A DNA stretch of 54,982 nucleotides from Segetibacter sp. (GTDB lineage: Bacteria > Bacteroidota > Bacteroidia > Chitinophagales > Chitinophagaceae). The number at the start of each line of letters is the position of its first letter. Position 1 is the first letter of the stretch. The DNA lies in NCBI GenBank assembly GCA_031424735.1, contig JANPIA010000388.1, positions 1-54,982 of the forward strand. The letters run 5' to 3'. The position numbers and the translations under genes were made by a program. Positions 21,263-29,584 of the stretch are shown piece by piece. The notes beneath the pieces are model-generated. The model was not told where the DNA came from. It was given only the letters and a program-made list of their open reading frames with translations, and made no database searches.

Positions 21263-23563
21263 ATGGCAACAACAACTAAATCTGCAACTAAAAAAGCAGT
21301 AGTAATTAAGCCTGCTCCGGCAAAGAAAGTAGGAGTGAAGGCAGCGAAAGTGAGTGATCACACCTACAACATTCACAAAGCATTATTGGAACATTTTGGC
21401 TTCGATGCGTTTAAGGGCACGCAAGAGGAGTCGATTAATAGTTTGCTTAATGGCAACGACACGTTTGTGATTATGCCTACGGGTGGTGGTAAAAGTTTAT
21501 GTTACCAGTTGCCTGCACTTATAATGGAGGGTTGTGCAATTATTGTGAGCCCGTTGATTGCTTTAATGAAAAACCAGGTAGACCTTGTTAGGGGTTATAG
21601 TGAAAAGGATCATGTAGCGCATTTCCTGAATTCATCGCTTACAAAGGCGCAGCAACGCGAGGAAAAAAGTGACCTGGTGGAAGGCAAAACCATACGATTG
21701 TATGTAGCGCCGGAAACTTTAACCCGGCAGGATAACCTGGATTTTTTCAGCGATCTGAAAATTTCATTTTTTGCGGTAGATGAAGCGCATTGTATTTCTG
21801 AATGGGGTCACGATTTTCGACCCGAGTACCGGCGGTTAAAAGAGATGATGACCATTATTAATCCGGATGTTTCTATAATTGCATTGACCGCTACTGCTAC
21901 CCCTAAAGTGCAGAGTGACATTTTAAAAAACCTTGGTTTACGTAAACCAAATGTTTTTATTTCATCGTTCAACAGGTCCAATCTTTATTACGAAATACAA
22001 CCCAAGGTTAAGAAAGACCAGACCATCAAAAACATTGTTCGTTTCATCTCCCAAAACAAAGGACAAAGCGGTATCATTTATACTTTAAACAGAAAGACAA
22101 CGGAAGAACTGGCTGAAATTTTAGTGGCAAATAAAATTAAGGCTGTAGCCTACCATGCCGGTTTAGATCCTAAGCTCAGGGCAGAAAGGCAGGACTTATT
22201 TTTAAAGGAGGATACCCAGGTTATTGTAGCCACTATTGCTTTTGGAATGGGTATAGATAAGCCAGACATCCGTTTTGTTATTCACTACAACATTCCGAAA
22301 TCGATTGAAAACTATTACCAGGAAACAGGGAGGGCAGGCAGAGATGGAATGGAGGGCAAGTGTATTTTGTATTATTCACATAAAGATGTTTCGAAGCTTG
22401 AACATTTTTTGCGCGATAAGCCATTAAGTGAAAGGGAAGTGGGTGCTCAGTTAATTAACGAAACAGTTAGCTACGCAGAAAGCAGTGTATGCCGCAGAAA
22501 AATTTTGCTTCATTATTTTGGAGAGGATTGGGATACCGCGGGTTGTAAGGATACCGGTGGATGTGATAACTGTATGCCAAAAGAAAAAATTGAAGCGAAA
22601 GATAATGTTGTAAAGGTATTGAAGGCGGTAAAAGCGTTGGATGGCAAGTTCACCATTGATTACGTGGTAAACGTTTTAATGGGCAGGCTTACGCCGCAAA
22701 TTAAAATGTACCGGCACGATAGTTTGCCGGTTTTTGGTATTGGTAACGATGAGGACGCACACTTTTGGAATAGTCTGATTAGGCAGATGTTGCTTGATAA
22801 CCTAATTGTAAAGGATATAGAAGAGTACGGCTTACTAAAGTTTACACCCACCACGGAGGCTTATCTTAAAAAGCCTACCAGTTTTAAAATTGTTTTGTAC
22901 AACAAGTTTGATGATGCCAACGCGGAAGACGAAGAAGAAGGGGATAACACAGCAGGAGCTGGCATGGCTGCAGATAATAACTTGTTTGAAATGTTGAAGG
23001 AGCTTCGCCAGGTAGAGGCAAAGAAAAAGGGTTTGCCACCATTTGTGTTATTTCTTGAAAACTCGTTACAGGATATGGCTACTCTGTATCCAACAACTTT
23101 AAAAGAGTTGGAAAAGTGCCAGGGCGTTAGTGTGGGTAAGTCAATAAAGTATGGAAGGCCTTTTGTTGAACTGATTGCCAAATATGTGGAGGAGAATGAT
23201 ATTGAGAAGCCTGATGATTTTGTTATGAAAAGTGTTGCCAATAAAAGCAACAATAAAATTTTTATTATTCAGAATGTTGATAAAAAAATGTCGCTTGAAA
23301 CTATAGCGAAGAATAAGGATTTGCGGTTAGATGTTTTATTGGAAGAGATGGAAACTATTGTGGCCAGTGGCACAAAGTTGAATTTGGATTATGCTATTGA
23401 TGATATGCTTGATGATACCGAACAAGAAGAAATTATTGATTATTTCCGCACGTGCGAAACATCTTCGTTGCAGGTTGCACAGGAGGAGTTAGCAGATGGC
23501 GGTTATGAGTGGGAGCAACTAAAGATTATGCGCATTAAGTTCCTAAGTGAATATGGTAATTGA
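21263..23563 (+). CDS. recQ: DNA helicase RecQ (paralogue 1)
   Basis: MPTGGGKSLCYQ, DEAHCISEWGHDFRPEY, QETGRAGRDG, Zn site CRR...CDNC, RQC and HRDC domains. Confidence 0.95.
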   Translation: MATTTKSATKKAVVIKPAPAKKVGVKAAKVSDHTYNIHKALLEHFGFDAFKGTQEESINSLLNGNDTFVIMPTGGGKSLCYQLPALIMEGCAIIVSPLIALMKNQVDLVRGYSEKDHVAHFLNSSLTKAQQREEKSDLVEGKTIRLYVAPETLTRQDNLDFFSDLKISFFAVDEAHCISEWGHDFRPEYRRLKEMMTIINPDVSIIALTATATPKVQSDILKNLGLRKPNVFISSFNRSNLYYEIQPKVKKDQTIKNIVRFISQNKGQSGIIYTLNRKTTEELAEILVANKIKAVAYHAGLDPKLRAERQDLFLKEDTQVIVATIAFGMGIDKPDIRFVIHYNIPKSIENYYQETGRAGRDGMEGKCILYYSHKDVSKLEHFLRDKPLSEREVGAQLINETVSYAESSVCRRKILLHYFGEDWDTAGCKDTGGCDNCMPKEKIEAKDNVVKVLKAVKALDGKFTIDYVVNVLMGRLTPQIKMYRHDSLPVFGIGNDEDAHFWNSLIRQMLLDNLIVKDIEEYGLLKFTPTTEAYLKKPTSFKIVLYNKFDDANAEDEEEGDNTAGAGMAADNNLFEMLKELRQVEAKKKGLPPFVLFLENSLQDMATLYPTTLKELEKCQGVSVGKSIKYGRPFVELIAKYVEENDIEKPDDFVMKSVANKSNNKIFIIQNVDKKMSLETIAKNKDLRLDVLLEEMETIVASGTKLNLDYAIDDMLDDTEQEEIIDYFRTCETSSLQVAQEELADGGYEWEQLKIMRIKFLSEYGN

Positions 23564-23584
23564 TCTGTGAATTGAATTTAAACT

Positions 23585-23610
23585 AACCCATCTGGCCCGA
23601 TGGGTTTTTT
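23585..23610 (+). terminator. Intrinsic terminator after recQ
   Basis: AACCCATC-TGGCCC-GATGGGTT followed by a T run. Confidence 0.8.
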
Positions 23611-23655
23611 GTTGTGGAAATGCCTGGACGCTGCGTCTTTATAATAAAATTTGTT

Positions 23656-24183
23656 ATGGTTGATATACACGCTTCGTCGCAATCCTCACCACTGGTAAAA
23701 AGAAGTAAGCTGTCAACAAGGGTTGATTTGACTCCATTGGTTGACCTTGGTTTTTTACTCATTACCTTTTTCATTTTTACATCGGCTATCTCACAACCGT
23801 CTTCATTAAGTTTAAATTTACCCGACGAAGGCTATACAAGTAATCCTTCCCGCGTTTCTGAAAGGAAGACGTTTACAATAATCATCGGAAGTGATGATAG
23901 GGTGTTTTATTACAAGGGTTTTTTTAATAATTCGTATTTACTAACAGGTTTTAGCAATTCAGGGTTGCGAAAGGAAATAAATATATTTAAAGGCCTGGTT
24001 CGAAAAGAGTTTGGCGACCCTCGACAGGCAACATTTCTAATTAAACCTATGAAAGGTTCAACTTACAAAAACCTTGTAGATATTTTAGATGAAATGATCA
24101 TTAACGATGTTACAAGGTATGTTTTGATGGAGGTTGATGATAAGGAAGAAGCAATGTTGGGTCTGCTTGAGAAAAGGTATTAA
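23656..24183 (+). CDS. exbD: Biopolymer transporter ExbD/TolR family protein
   Basis: RVDLTPLVDLGFLLITFFIFT TM motif with conserved Asp; STYKNLVDILDEM. Start set at ATG 23656. Confidence 0.85.
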   Translation: MVDIHASSQSSPLVKRSKLSTRVDLTPLVDLGFLLITFFIFTSAISQPSSLSLNLPDEGYTSNPSRVSERKTFTIIIGSDDRVFYYKGFFNNSYLLTGFSNSGLRKEINIFKGLVRKEFGDPRQATFLIKPMKGSTYKNLVDILDEMIINDVTRYVLMEVDDKEEAMLGLLEKRY

Positions 24184-24337
24184 ACTTTGTCAATTCGATA
24201 CAGGAGAGCCTCGCAACTAAAGGCGAATATTTTCCGCAGTTTGGTGAACATTGATCTAATGGGTTCGCACTTTATTTTGAGTACTCAAATACAAACCCTT
24301 ATTTTGAATTACCTTCTCTCATCATTAATAACTGTTT

Positions 24338-25534
24338 TTGATACTTCACCGGCATATACCTTTCTTAAAGGTTGTTTTGCACCACAGCCTCACTGCTTTT
24401 GGCGGGCCCCAAATGCATTTTGTAAGGATGTATAAATTGTTTGTAGAGAAACAGCATTATATTTCGGAAGAAGAACTTTTAGAGCTAAATGCCTTTGTAC
24501 AATTGTTACCAGGGGCCAGCAGCAGCCAGGTGCTAACACTTATAGGGTATCGTCGTGGGGGCATTGGTTTAGCCGGTTTAACTTTGTTGATCTGGATTTC
24601 GCCAGCTTGTGTTTTAATGGGAGGTCTAAGTTTTTTGTTACAATACATTAGTCCCGATGCGCAACGCATTTTCAGGTTTGTTCAACCAATGGCATTGGGA
24701 TTTTTGGCTTATTCCGCTTTCGAAAGTTATAAGATTTCGATTAAGCACACTGCAACATTCTTAATAATGTGTGGTGCCGCATTGGTTACGGTTTTTATAA
24801 AGTCGCCCTGGGTATTTCCGGCTCTTATTATTTTAGGCAGCATCATCAGTAATTTTTCGGATAAACGTATTCCAAAACCATCGGAAAAACCAAAACCTAT
24901 TAAATGGGGAAATATTTCGTTGTTCTTTGTCATTTTTTTAATTGCAGGTGTGCTCAGTGAGGTAGCCCGATTACAAAACTGGGAAATGCGCAAACCAATT
25001 AACCTGTTTGAAAATTTCTATCGTTTCGGTAGTCTGGTTTTTGGTGGTGGTGGTGTTTTGATACCGATGATGTTTGAGCAATATGTAAACAGAACTAAAA
25101 CAAGATACCTTTCACCGGAGGCTTTTTTAACTGGGGCGGGTATGGTACAAGCTTTTCCGGGACCTATTTTTTCAATATCCGCTTTCATTGGTGGGATGGT
25201 GTTGCGCCACATGGGTCCACAGTTTCAATTGCTGGGTTGTGTAATAGGTGCTTTTGCTATTTTTTTGCCCAGTCTGCTTTTAGTGCTGTTTTTTTACCCG
25301 ATTTGGCAAAACCTAAAAAAATATGTGGTGGTATTCAGGGCAATGGAGGGAATTAATGCAGTTGTAGTGGGTATTATGTGTGGCGCAACTATTTTGTTAT
25401 TTCTCGCCATCTCATCGCCGTTCGAGTGGGGTAATCTTTTAGCAGTTATCATCACATTCGTCCTTTTAAGGGTTCCGAAACTACCTTCCCCATTTATCGT
25501 GGGTTTCTTTCTAATCTTAGGCTGGTTGTTGTGA
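24338..25534 (+). CDS. chrA: Chromate ion transporter (CHR family, long form)
   Basis: [38 protein letters not shown]; two homologous halves. Confidence 0.9.
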   Translation: MILHRHIPFLKVVLHHSLTAFGGPQMHFVRMYKLFVEKQHYISEEELLELNAFVQLLPGASSSQVLTLIGYRRGGIGLAGLTLLIWISPACVLMGGLSFLLQYISPDAQRIFRFVQPMALGFLAYSAFESYKISIKHTATFLIMCGAALVTVFIKSPWVFPALIILGSIISNFSDKRIPKPSEKPKPIKWGNISLFFVIFLIAGVLSEVARLQNWEMRKPINLFENFYRFGSLVFGGGGVLIPMMFEQYVNRTKTRYLSPEAFLTGAGMVQAFPGPIFSISAFIGGMVLRHMGPQFQLLGCVIGAFAIFLPSLLLVLFFYPIWQNLKKYVVVFRAMEGINAVVVGIMCGATILLFLAISSPFEWGNLLAVIITFVLLRVPKLPSPFIVGFFLILGWLL

Positions 25535-26107
25535 GGCTCCAAGATAATAACCGCCTTTTTCTATTTCAATCCGGCAACTTTCTGGAACTAAATACCTGAT
25601 TGATTTTTTCTGACGTATCAAATTCCTGATTTGGGTGGCAGAAATATCCAATAGTGGAGCTTTTAGAAATGTTACATTTTCATCATTGCTATTAATAACA
25701 TTAACGCCCGGCCTGTTATATACTAAAATTTTATAATTTGTTATAATGAGCTGGTGATTTTTCCATTTGCTCAAATTTTGAAAGCTATCTGCGCCCATGA
25801 TGATGCTAAAATGATTGGAAGGATTTTTTTCCTCTAAATATACAAGCGTGTCAATTGTGAAAGAGGGACGGGGAAGTTTAAATTCAACATCGGATGCTCG
25901 CATTTTATTATCTCCTTCTATCGCGGTTTTAACCAAGTGTAAACGCTGAAATTCATTTAGCAGGCCCGAAGTTTTTTTAAGCGGGTTTTGCGGTGAAACA
26001 ATAAACCAAACTTGATCAACATAGTTTTCGTTTACGATGTGGTTGGCGATGATAAGGTGAGCTATATGAATGGGGTTGAAGGACCCGAAGTAAAGACCAA
26101 CCTTCAT
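25517..26107 (-). CDS. nadD: Nicotinate-nucleotide adenylyltransferase
   Basis: [32 protein letters not shown]. Confidence 0.95.
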   Translation of the reverse strand: MKVGLYFGSFNPIHIAHLIIANHIVNENYVDQVWFIVSPQNPLKKTSGLLNEFQRLHLVKTAIEGDNKMRASDVEFKLPRPSFTIDTLVYLEEKNPSNHFSIIMGADSFQNLSKWKNHQLIITNYKILVYNRPGVNVINSNDENVTFLKAPLLDISATQIRNLIRQKKSIRYLVPESCRIEIEKGGYYLGASQQPA

Positions 26108-26334
26108 GAAACAATTATTTCTTCTACAAAAATATTTTCAGCTTCATTTAGGCGCAGGCTTAAATTATACCCGGCAACTGATATTGAAATCGGATCCCCT
26201 AACGGAGCAACTTGTTCCACCTTAATTTTTTCACCGGGAATACACCCCATCTCCATTAGCTTAATAAAAATTTCATCATTCTCAAATGATCGTATGATTA
26301 CACTGGCTCCAACGCTAACTTCTGAAAGCTTCAT
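26104..26334 (-). CDS. feoA: FeoA family SH3-like protein
   Basis: KLMEMGCIPG...APLGDPI...LSLRLNEA; 76 aa; stop overlaps the nadD start (ATGA). Confidence 0.9.
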   Translation of the reverse strand: MKLSEVSVGASVIIRSFENDEIFIKLMEMGCIPGEKIKVEQVAPLGDPISISVAGYNLSLRLNEAENIFVEEIIVS

Positions 26335-26406
26335 AGTCTATTTCTTGTCGCCAAAAATATATTGATTTCGTTGTGGGTTTGTTACGATTTTTGGAGTAAA
26401 TCGCCC

Positions 26407-26838
26407 ATGAGTAAAATTAAATTTCATACCACAAACAGCGTGTTTTCACTGAAAGGAAAGAGGAAATTTTCAAATTTTCTTGGTTCGATTTTTACAGAAG
26501 AAAAAACTTTGTTGAAATCTTTGACGATTGTTTTTTGTGATGATGAATACTTATTGAACATTAATAAGAAGTTTCTAAAACACCATTTTTACACCGATAT
26601 CATCACATTCGATCTTACCGCCCAAGAGGAGGGAATAGTTGGCGAAATTTATATAAGCATCGATCGTGTGAAAGAAAATTCAATTAATCATTTTGTTTTA
26701 TTTGAAAATGAGCTAGCGAGGGTGATTTTTCACGGTGCGTTACACTTGTGTGGTTACAACGACAAAAAGAAAAGTGAAATAACAATTATGAGGCAAAAGG
26801 AAGAGTACTATTTGCGTTTATTTGACAAATACCATTGA
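26407..26838 (+). CDS. ybeY: rRNA maturation RNase YbeY
   Basis: TDIITF, GEIYIS, HGALHLCGYND. Start set at ATG 26407. Confidence 0.93.
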   Translation: MSKIKFHTTNSVFSLKGKRKFSNFLGSIFTEEKTLLKSLTIVFCDDEYLLNINKKFLKHHFYTDIITFDLTAQEEGIVGEIYISIDRVKENSINHFVLFENELARVIFHGALHLCGYNDKKKSEITIMRQKEEYYLRLFDKYH

Positions 26839-27527
26839 TGAAATTTTTGTTCCACGTGAAATTAAAGCTTTGCTTTACGGTTTTGTTTTTTCACTTTACA
26901 GCCGCCTCTCAAACTTTAGTTCGAATATTATTGGAAGTGCGAGCTTTACCAACCTTTCCCCAAACGGATAAGAGTATTCTACAATCGAGTAAACATGTAG
27001 GGGATAACTCTATATCGTCAGAATATAGGGATTGGTTTTATTGGACAAATTACAGTAGAGCGCATCCCAGGGCATTTTGGGATAGTGTGATACTTCCGGT
27101 GCTGAAAATATATCCACACTTGAACACAGCTTATGCTGTTAGCTTGAAAAAAGATTTGTATTCAATTTCTTCCCTGCCGTTAATGTCAATAAACGCGACA
27201 TTGATGAAGCTGTCGCTTGCACATGCGAAAGACATTGCTAAGAACGGTTTGCCGCCTTCCCATACATCCACCAAAGGAATTCCGTTTCAGCAACGTGTGG
27301 CAAATGCCGGGATTATCAAATGTGCGGCTGAAAATTTGAGTTTGGGAAACCCCAATCCCGTTTTATCTCTGATTCTTCTTTTTTTGGACGAGGGGGTACC
27401 TGATTTAGGACATAGAAACACCTTATTGAATCCATATTATACTGAGATTGGAATTGGAATATCTAAGCATAACAATTCTCAGGTGTTCGTGGTACAAGAT
27501 TTTTCATGTGCACAGTCTATACCGTAA
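26838..27527 (+). CDS. CAP/SCP domain exported protein
   Basis: Signal peptide; TNYSR, AHAKDI, SHTS, AENLS, GHRNTLL, IGIG, VVQDF. Confidence 0.8.
   Translation: MKFLFHVKLKLCFTVLFFHFTAASQTLVRILLEVRALPTFPQTDKSILQSSKHVGDNSISSEYRDWFYWTNYSRAHPRAFWDSVILPVLKIYPHLNTAYAVSLKKDLYSISSLPLMSINATLMKLSLAHAKDIAKNGLPPSHTSTKGIPFQQRVANAGIIKCAAENLSLGNPNPVLSLILLFLDEGVPDLGHRNTLLNPYYTEIGIGISKHNNSQVFVVQDFSCAQSIP
26848..26863. promoter_or_regulatory. parS-like ParB binding site 1
   Basis: TGTTCCACGTGAAATT, 14/16 to consensus TGTTNCACGTGAAACA. Confidence 0.7.
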
Positions 27528-27542
27528 TTTTCACGTGAAACA
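27527..27542. promoter_or_regulatory. parS-like ParB binding site 2
   Basis: ATTTTCACGTGAAACA, 14/16 to consensus; intergenic, just upstream of mnmG. Confidence 0.75.
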
Positions 27543-27559
27543 ACACTTCCCACTTAGCC

Positions 27560-27567
27560 TATCTTTG
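27560..27567 (+). promoter_or_regulatory. Bacteroidota -7 promoter element of mnmG
   Basis: TATCTTTG (TAnnTTTG) 4 nt before the ATG. Confidence 0.45.
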
Positions 27568-27571
27568 TTTT

Positions 27572-29440
27572 ATGTTTATTGAATATGATGTTATTGTCGT
27601 TGGCGCTGGACATGCAGGCTGTGAAGCTGCTGCAGCTTCCGCAAATATGGGCAGCAAGGTGCTGCTAATCACTATGAACATGCAAACCATTGCTCAAATG
27701 AGCTGTAACCCCGCGATGGGAGGTATTGCAAAGGGACAAATTGTACGGGAGATTGATGCCATGGGTGGATTTAGCGGGATTGTTACCGATAAAAGTTTAG
27801 TCCAATTTAGAATGCTGAATAAAAGTAAAGGTCCTGCAATGTGGAGCCCGCGGGCACAGAGCGACCGGGCATTGTTTTCTCAAACATGGCGGGAAATACT
27901 GGAAAGCATAGCAGGAATAGACTTTTATCAGGATACGGTGAAATCGTTAATTATCAAAAATGAAAAATGTAGCGGTGTGGTTACCGGATTGGGGCACCAC
28001 ATTGCAGCCAAAGCAGTAGTTGTAACCAGTGGAACATTTTTAAACGGCATTATACATATTGGAGAAAAGCAATTTGGCGGGGGCAGGATAGGAGAGAAAT
28101 CTTCCACCGGTATAACAGAGCAATTAGTATCGATTGGGTTTGAAAGCGATAGATTAAAGACAGGTACACCCCCGCGCCTTGACGGACGAAGTTTGGACTA
28201 TGGTAAAATGGAAATTCAGGAAGGCGATAGTGAGATTGTTGGTTTTTCCTATTTGCCGATCCAGAAAATTGGCGCGGAACAACAAAAGCCTTGTCATATA
28301 ACCTATACAAACCCGGCGGTACACGACACGTTGAAGACGGGTTTTGATAAAAGTCCAATGTATCAGGGTAGAATAGATGGAATTGGACCCAGGTATTGCC
28401 CTAGTATAGAAGATAAAATAAACCGGTTTGCAGACAGGGAACGGCACCAGTTATTTGTAGAACCAGAGGGTTTTAATACGATTGAAATTTATGTGAACGG
28501 GTTTTCAACTTCGTTACCAGAGGATGTACAACACAAGGCTTTACAGCTTGTACCAGGATTTGAGAATTGTAAAATGTTCCGTCCAGGCTATGCTATTGAA
28601 TATGATTTTTTCCCCCCGACACAACTAAAATATTCCTTAGAAACCAAGAAGGTTGAGAATCTGTTTTTTGCAGGGCAAATCAATGGCACCACAGGGTATG
28701 AGGAAGCAGCCTGCCAAGGTCTTATGGCTGGAATTAACGCACACCTTAAGTCAGATGAGTTAGAGCCTTTTGTTTTAAAAAGAAGCCAGGCATACATAGG
28801 CGTTTTAATAGACGACCTTATAAGTAAGGGAACAGATGAACCATATCGGATGTTTACCAGCCGGGCTGAATACAGGACCTTGCTCAGGCAGGACAACGCA
28901 GATCTACGGTTAACAGAACTTAGTTACCGAATGGGACTTGCTTCCCAGGAGAGGATGGAAATGGTGATAAATAAGCGTTCAGGTGTAGAACGGGTTAAAG
29001 AATTGATGAAAAGTTGTTCAGTGGAGCCAGAAGAAATCAATCCGTATTTAGAGCGCATCGGTTCAGCTTTGATAATGCAGAAACAAAAGATTTCTCAGTT
29101 ATTACTCCGCCCAAATTTGGACCTTAAGGAGATGATGAAATCGTCGGATACCTTACAATTGGCATTAGGCGCCTTTAACGTTGATACTTTGGAGCAAGCC
29201 GAAATTCAGGTTAAATACGAAGTTTACATAAACAAAGAAAAAGAGCTTGTTGAGAAGATGAGCCATTTGGAAGACCTTTTAATTCCAGATGCTTTCAACT
29301 ATGATAGGATTGCCTCTTTATCAAATGAAGCAAGGCAGAAGTTTTTGAAAATTAAACCGAGAACGTTGGGGCAAGCCAGCAGGATAAGTGGAGTTAACCC
29401 AAGTGATGTCCAAATATTAATGGTTTACATGGGAAGATAA
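27572..29440 (+). CDS. mnmG: tRNA uridine-5-carboxymethylaminomethyl(34) synthesis enzyme MnmG (GidA)
   Basis: VGAGHAGCEAA, MSCNPAMGG, RLKTGTPPR, GPRYCPSIEDK, AGQINGTTGYEEAA. Confidence 0.98.
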   Translation: MFIEYDVIVVGAGHAGCEAAAASANMGSKVLLITMNMQTIAQMSCNPAMGGIAKGQIVREIDAMGGFSGIVTDKSLVQFRMLNKSKGPAMWSPRAQSDRALFSQTWREILESIAGIDFYQDTVKSLIIKNEKCSGVVTGLGHHIAAKAVVVTSGTFLNGIIHIGEKQFGGGRIGEKSSTGITEQLVSIGFESDRLKTGTPPRLDGRSLDYGKMEIQEGDSEIVGFSYLPIQKIGAEQQKPCHITYTNPAVHDTLKTGFDKSPMYQGRIDGIGPRYCPSIEDKINRFADRERHQLFVEPEGFNTIEIYVNGFSTSLPEDVQHKALQLVPGFENCKMFRPGYAIEYDFFPPTQLKYSLETKKVENLFFAGQINGTTGYEEAACQGLMAGINAHLKSDELEPFVLKRSQAYIGVLIDDLISKGTDEPYRMFTSRAEYRTLLRQDNADLRLTELSYRMGLASQERMEMVINKRSGVERVKELMKSCSVEPEEINPYLERIGSALIMQKQKISQLLLRPNLDLKEMMKSSDTLQLALGAFNVDTLEQAEIQVKYEVYINKEKELVEKMSHLEDLLIPDAFNYDRIASLSNEARQKFLKIKPRTLGQASRISGVNPSDVQILMVYMGR

Positions 29441-29445
29441 AATTC

Positions 29446-29472
29446 TTAAATAATTGATTTTCAATTATTTAA
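29446..29472. repeat. Perfect 12-bp AT-rich inverted repeat
   Basis: TTAAATAATTGA-TTT-TCAATTATTTAA directly after the mnmG stop. Confidence 0.7.
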
Positions 29473-29511
29473 ATGATATTTTGGTATTACGAGTTCTGTT
29501 CCATTAAGCCC

Positions 29512-29535
29512 CAACTGTACAAGAGGGCGAAGCAA
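29512..29535 (+). repeat. Dispersed intergenic repeat, copy 1
   Basis: CAACTGTACAAGAGGGCGAAGCAA; 21/24 identical to the reverse complement of 34286-34309. Confidence 0.55.
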
Positions 29536-29584
29536 CGATGATGAGAGGAGTACTAACGCTTGTCCAACCAAAAGTTAGCCATCA

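Noticed and set aside
23444-23459. Palindrome TTCCGCACGTGCGAAA in recQ as a third parS
   Set aside because: It shares only the CACGTG core; the arms do not fit TGTTNCACGTGAAACA.
24184-24337. ORF 24187-24435 or an ncRNA between exbD and chrA
   Set aside because: TTG start, overlaps chrA out of frame, no motif; no clear RNA structure.
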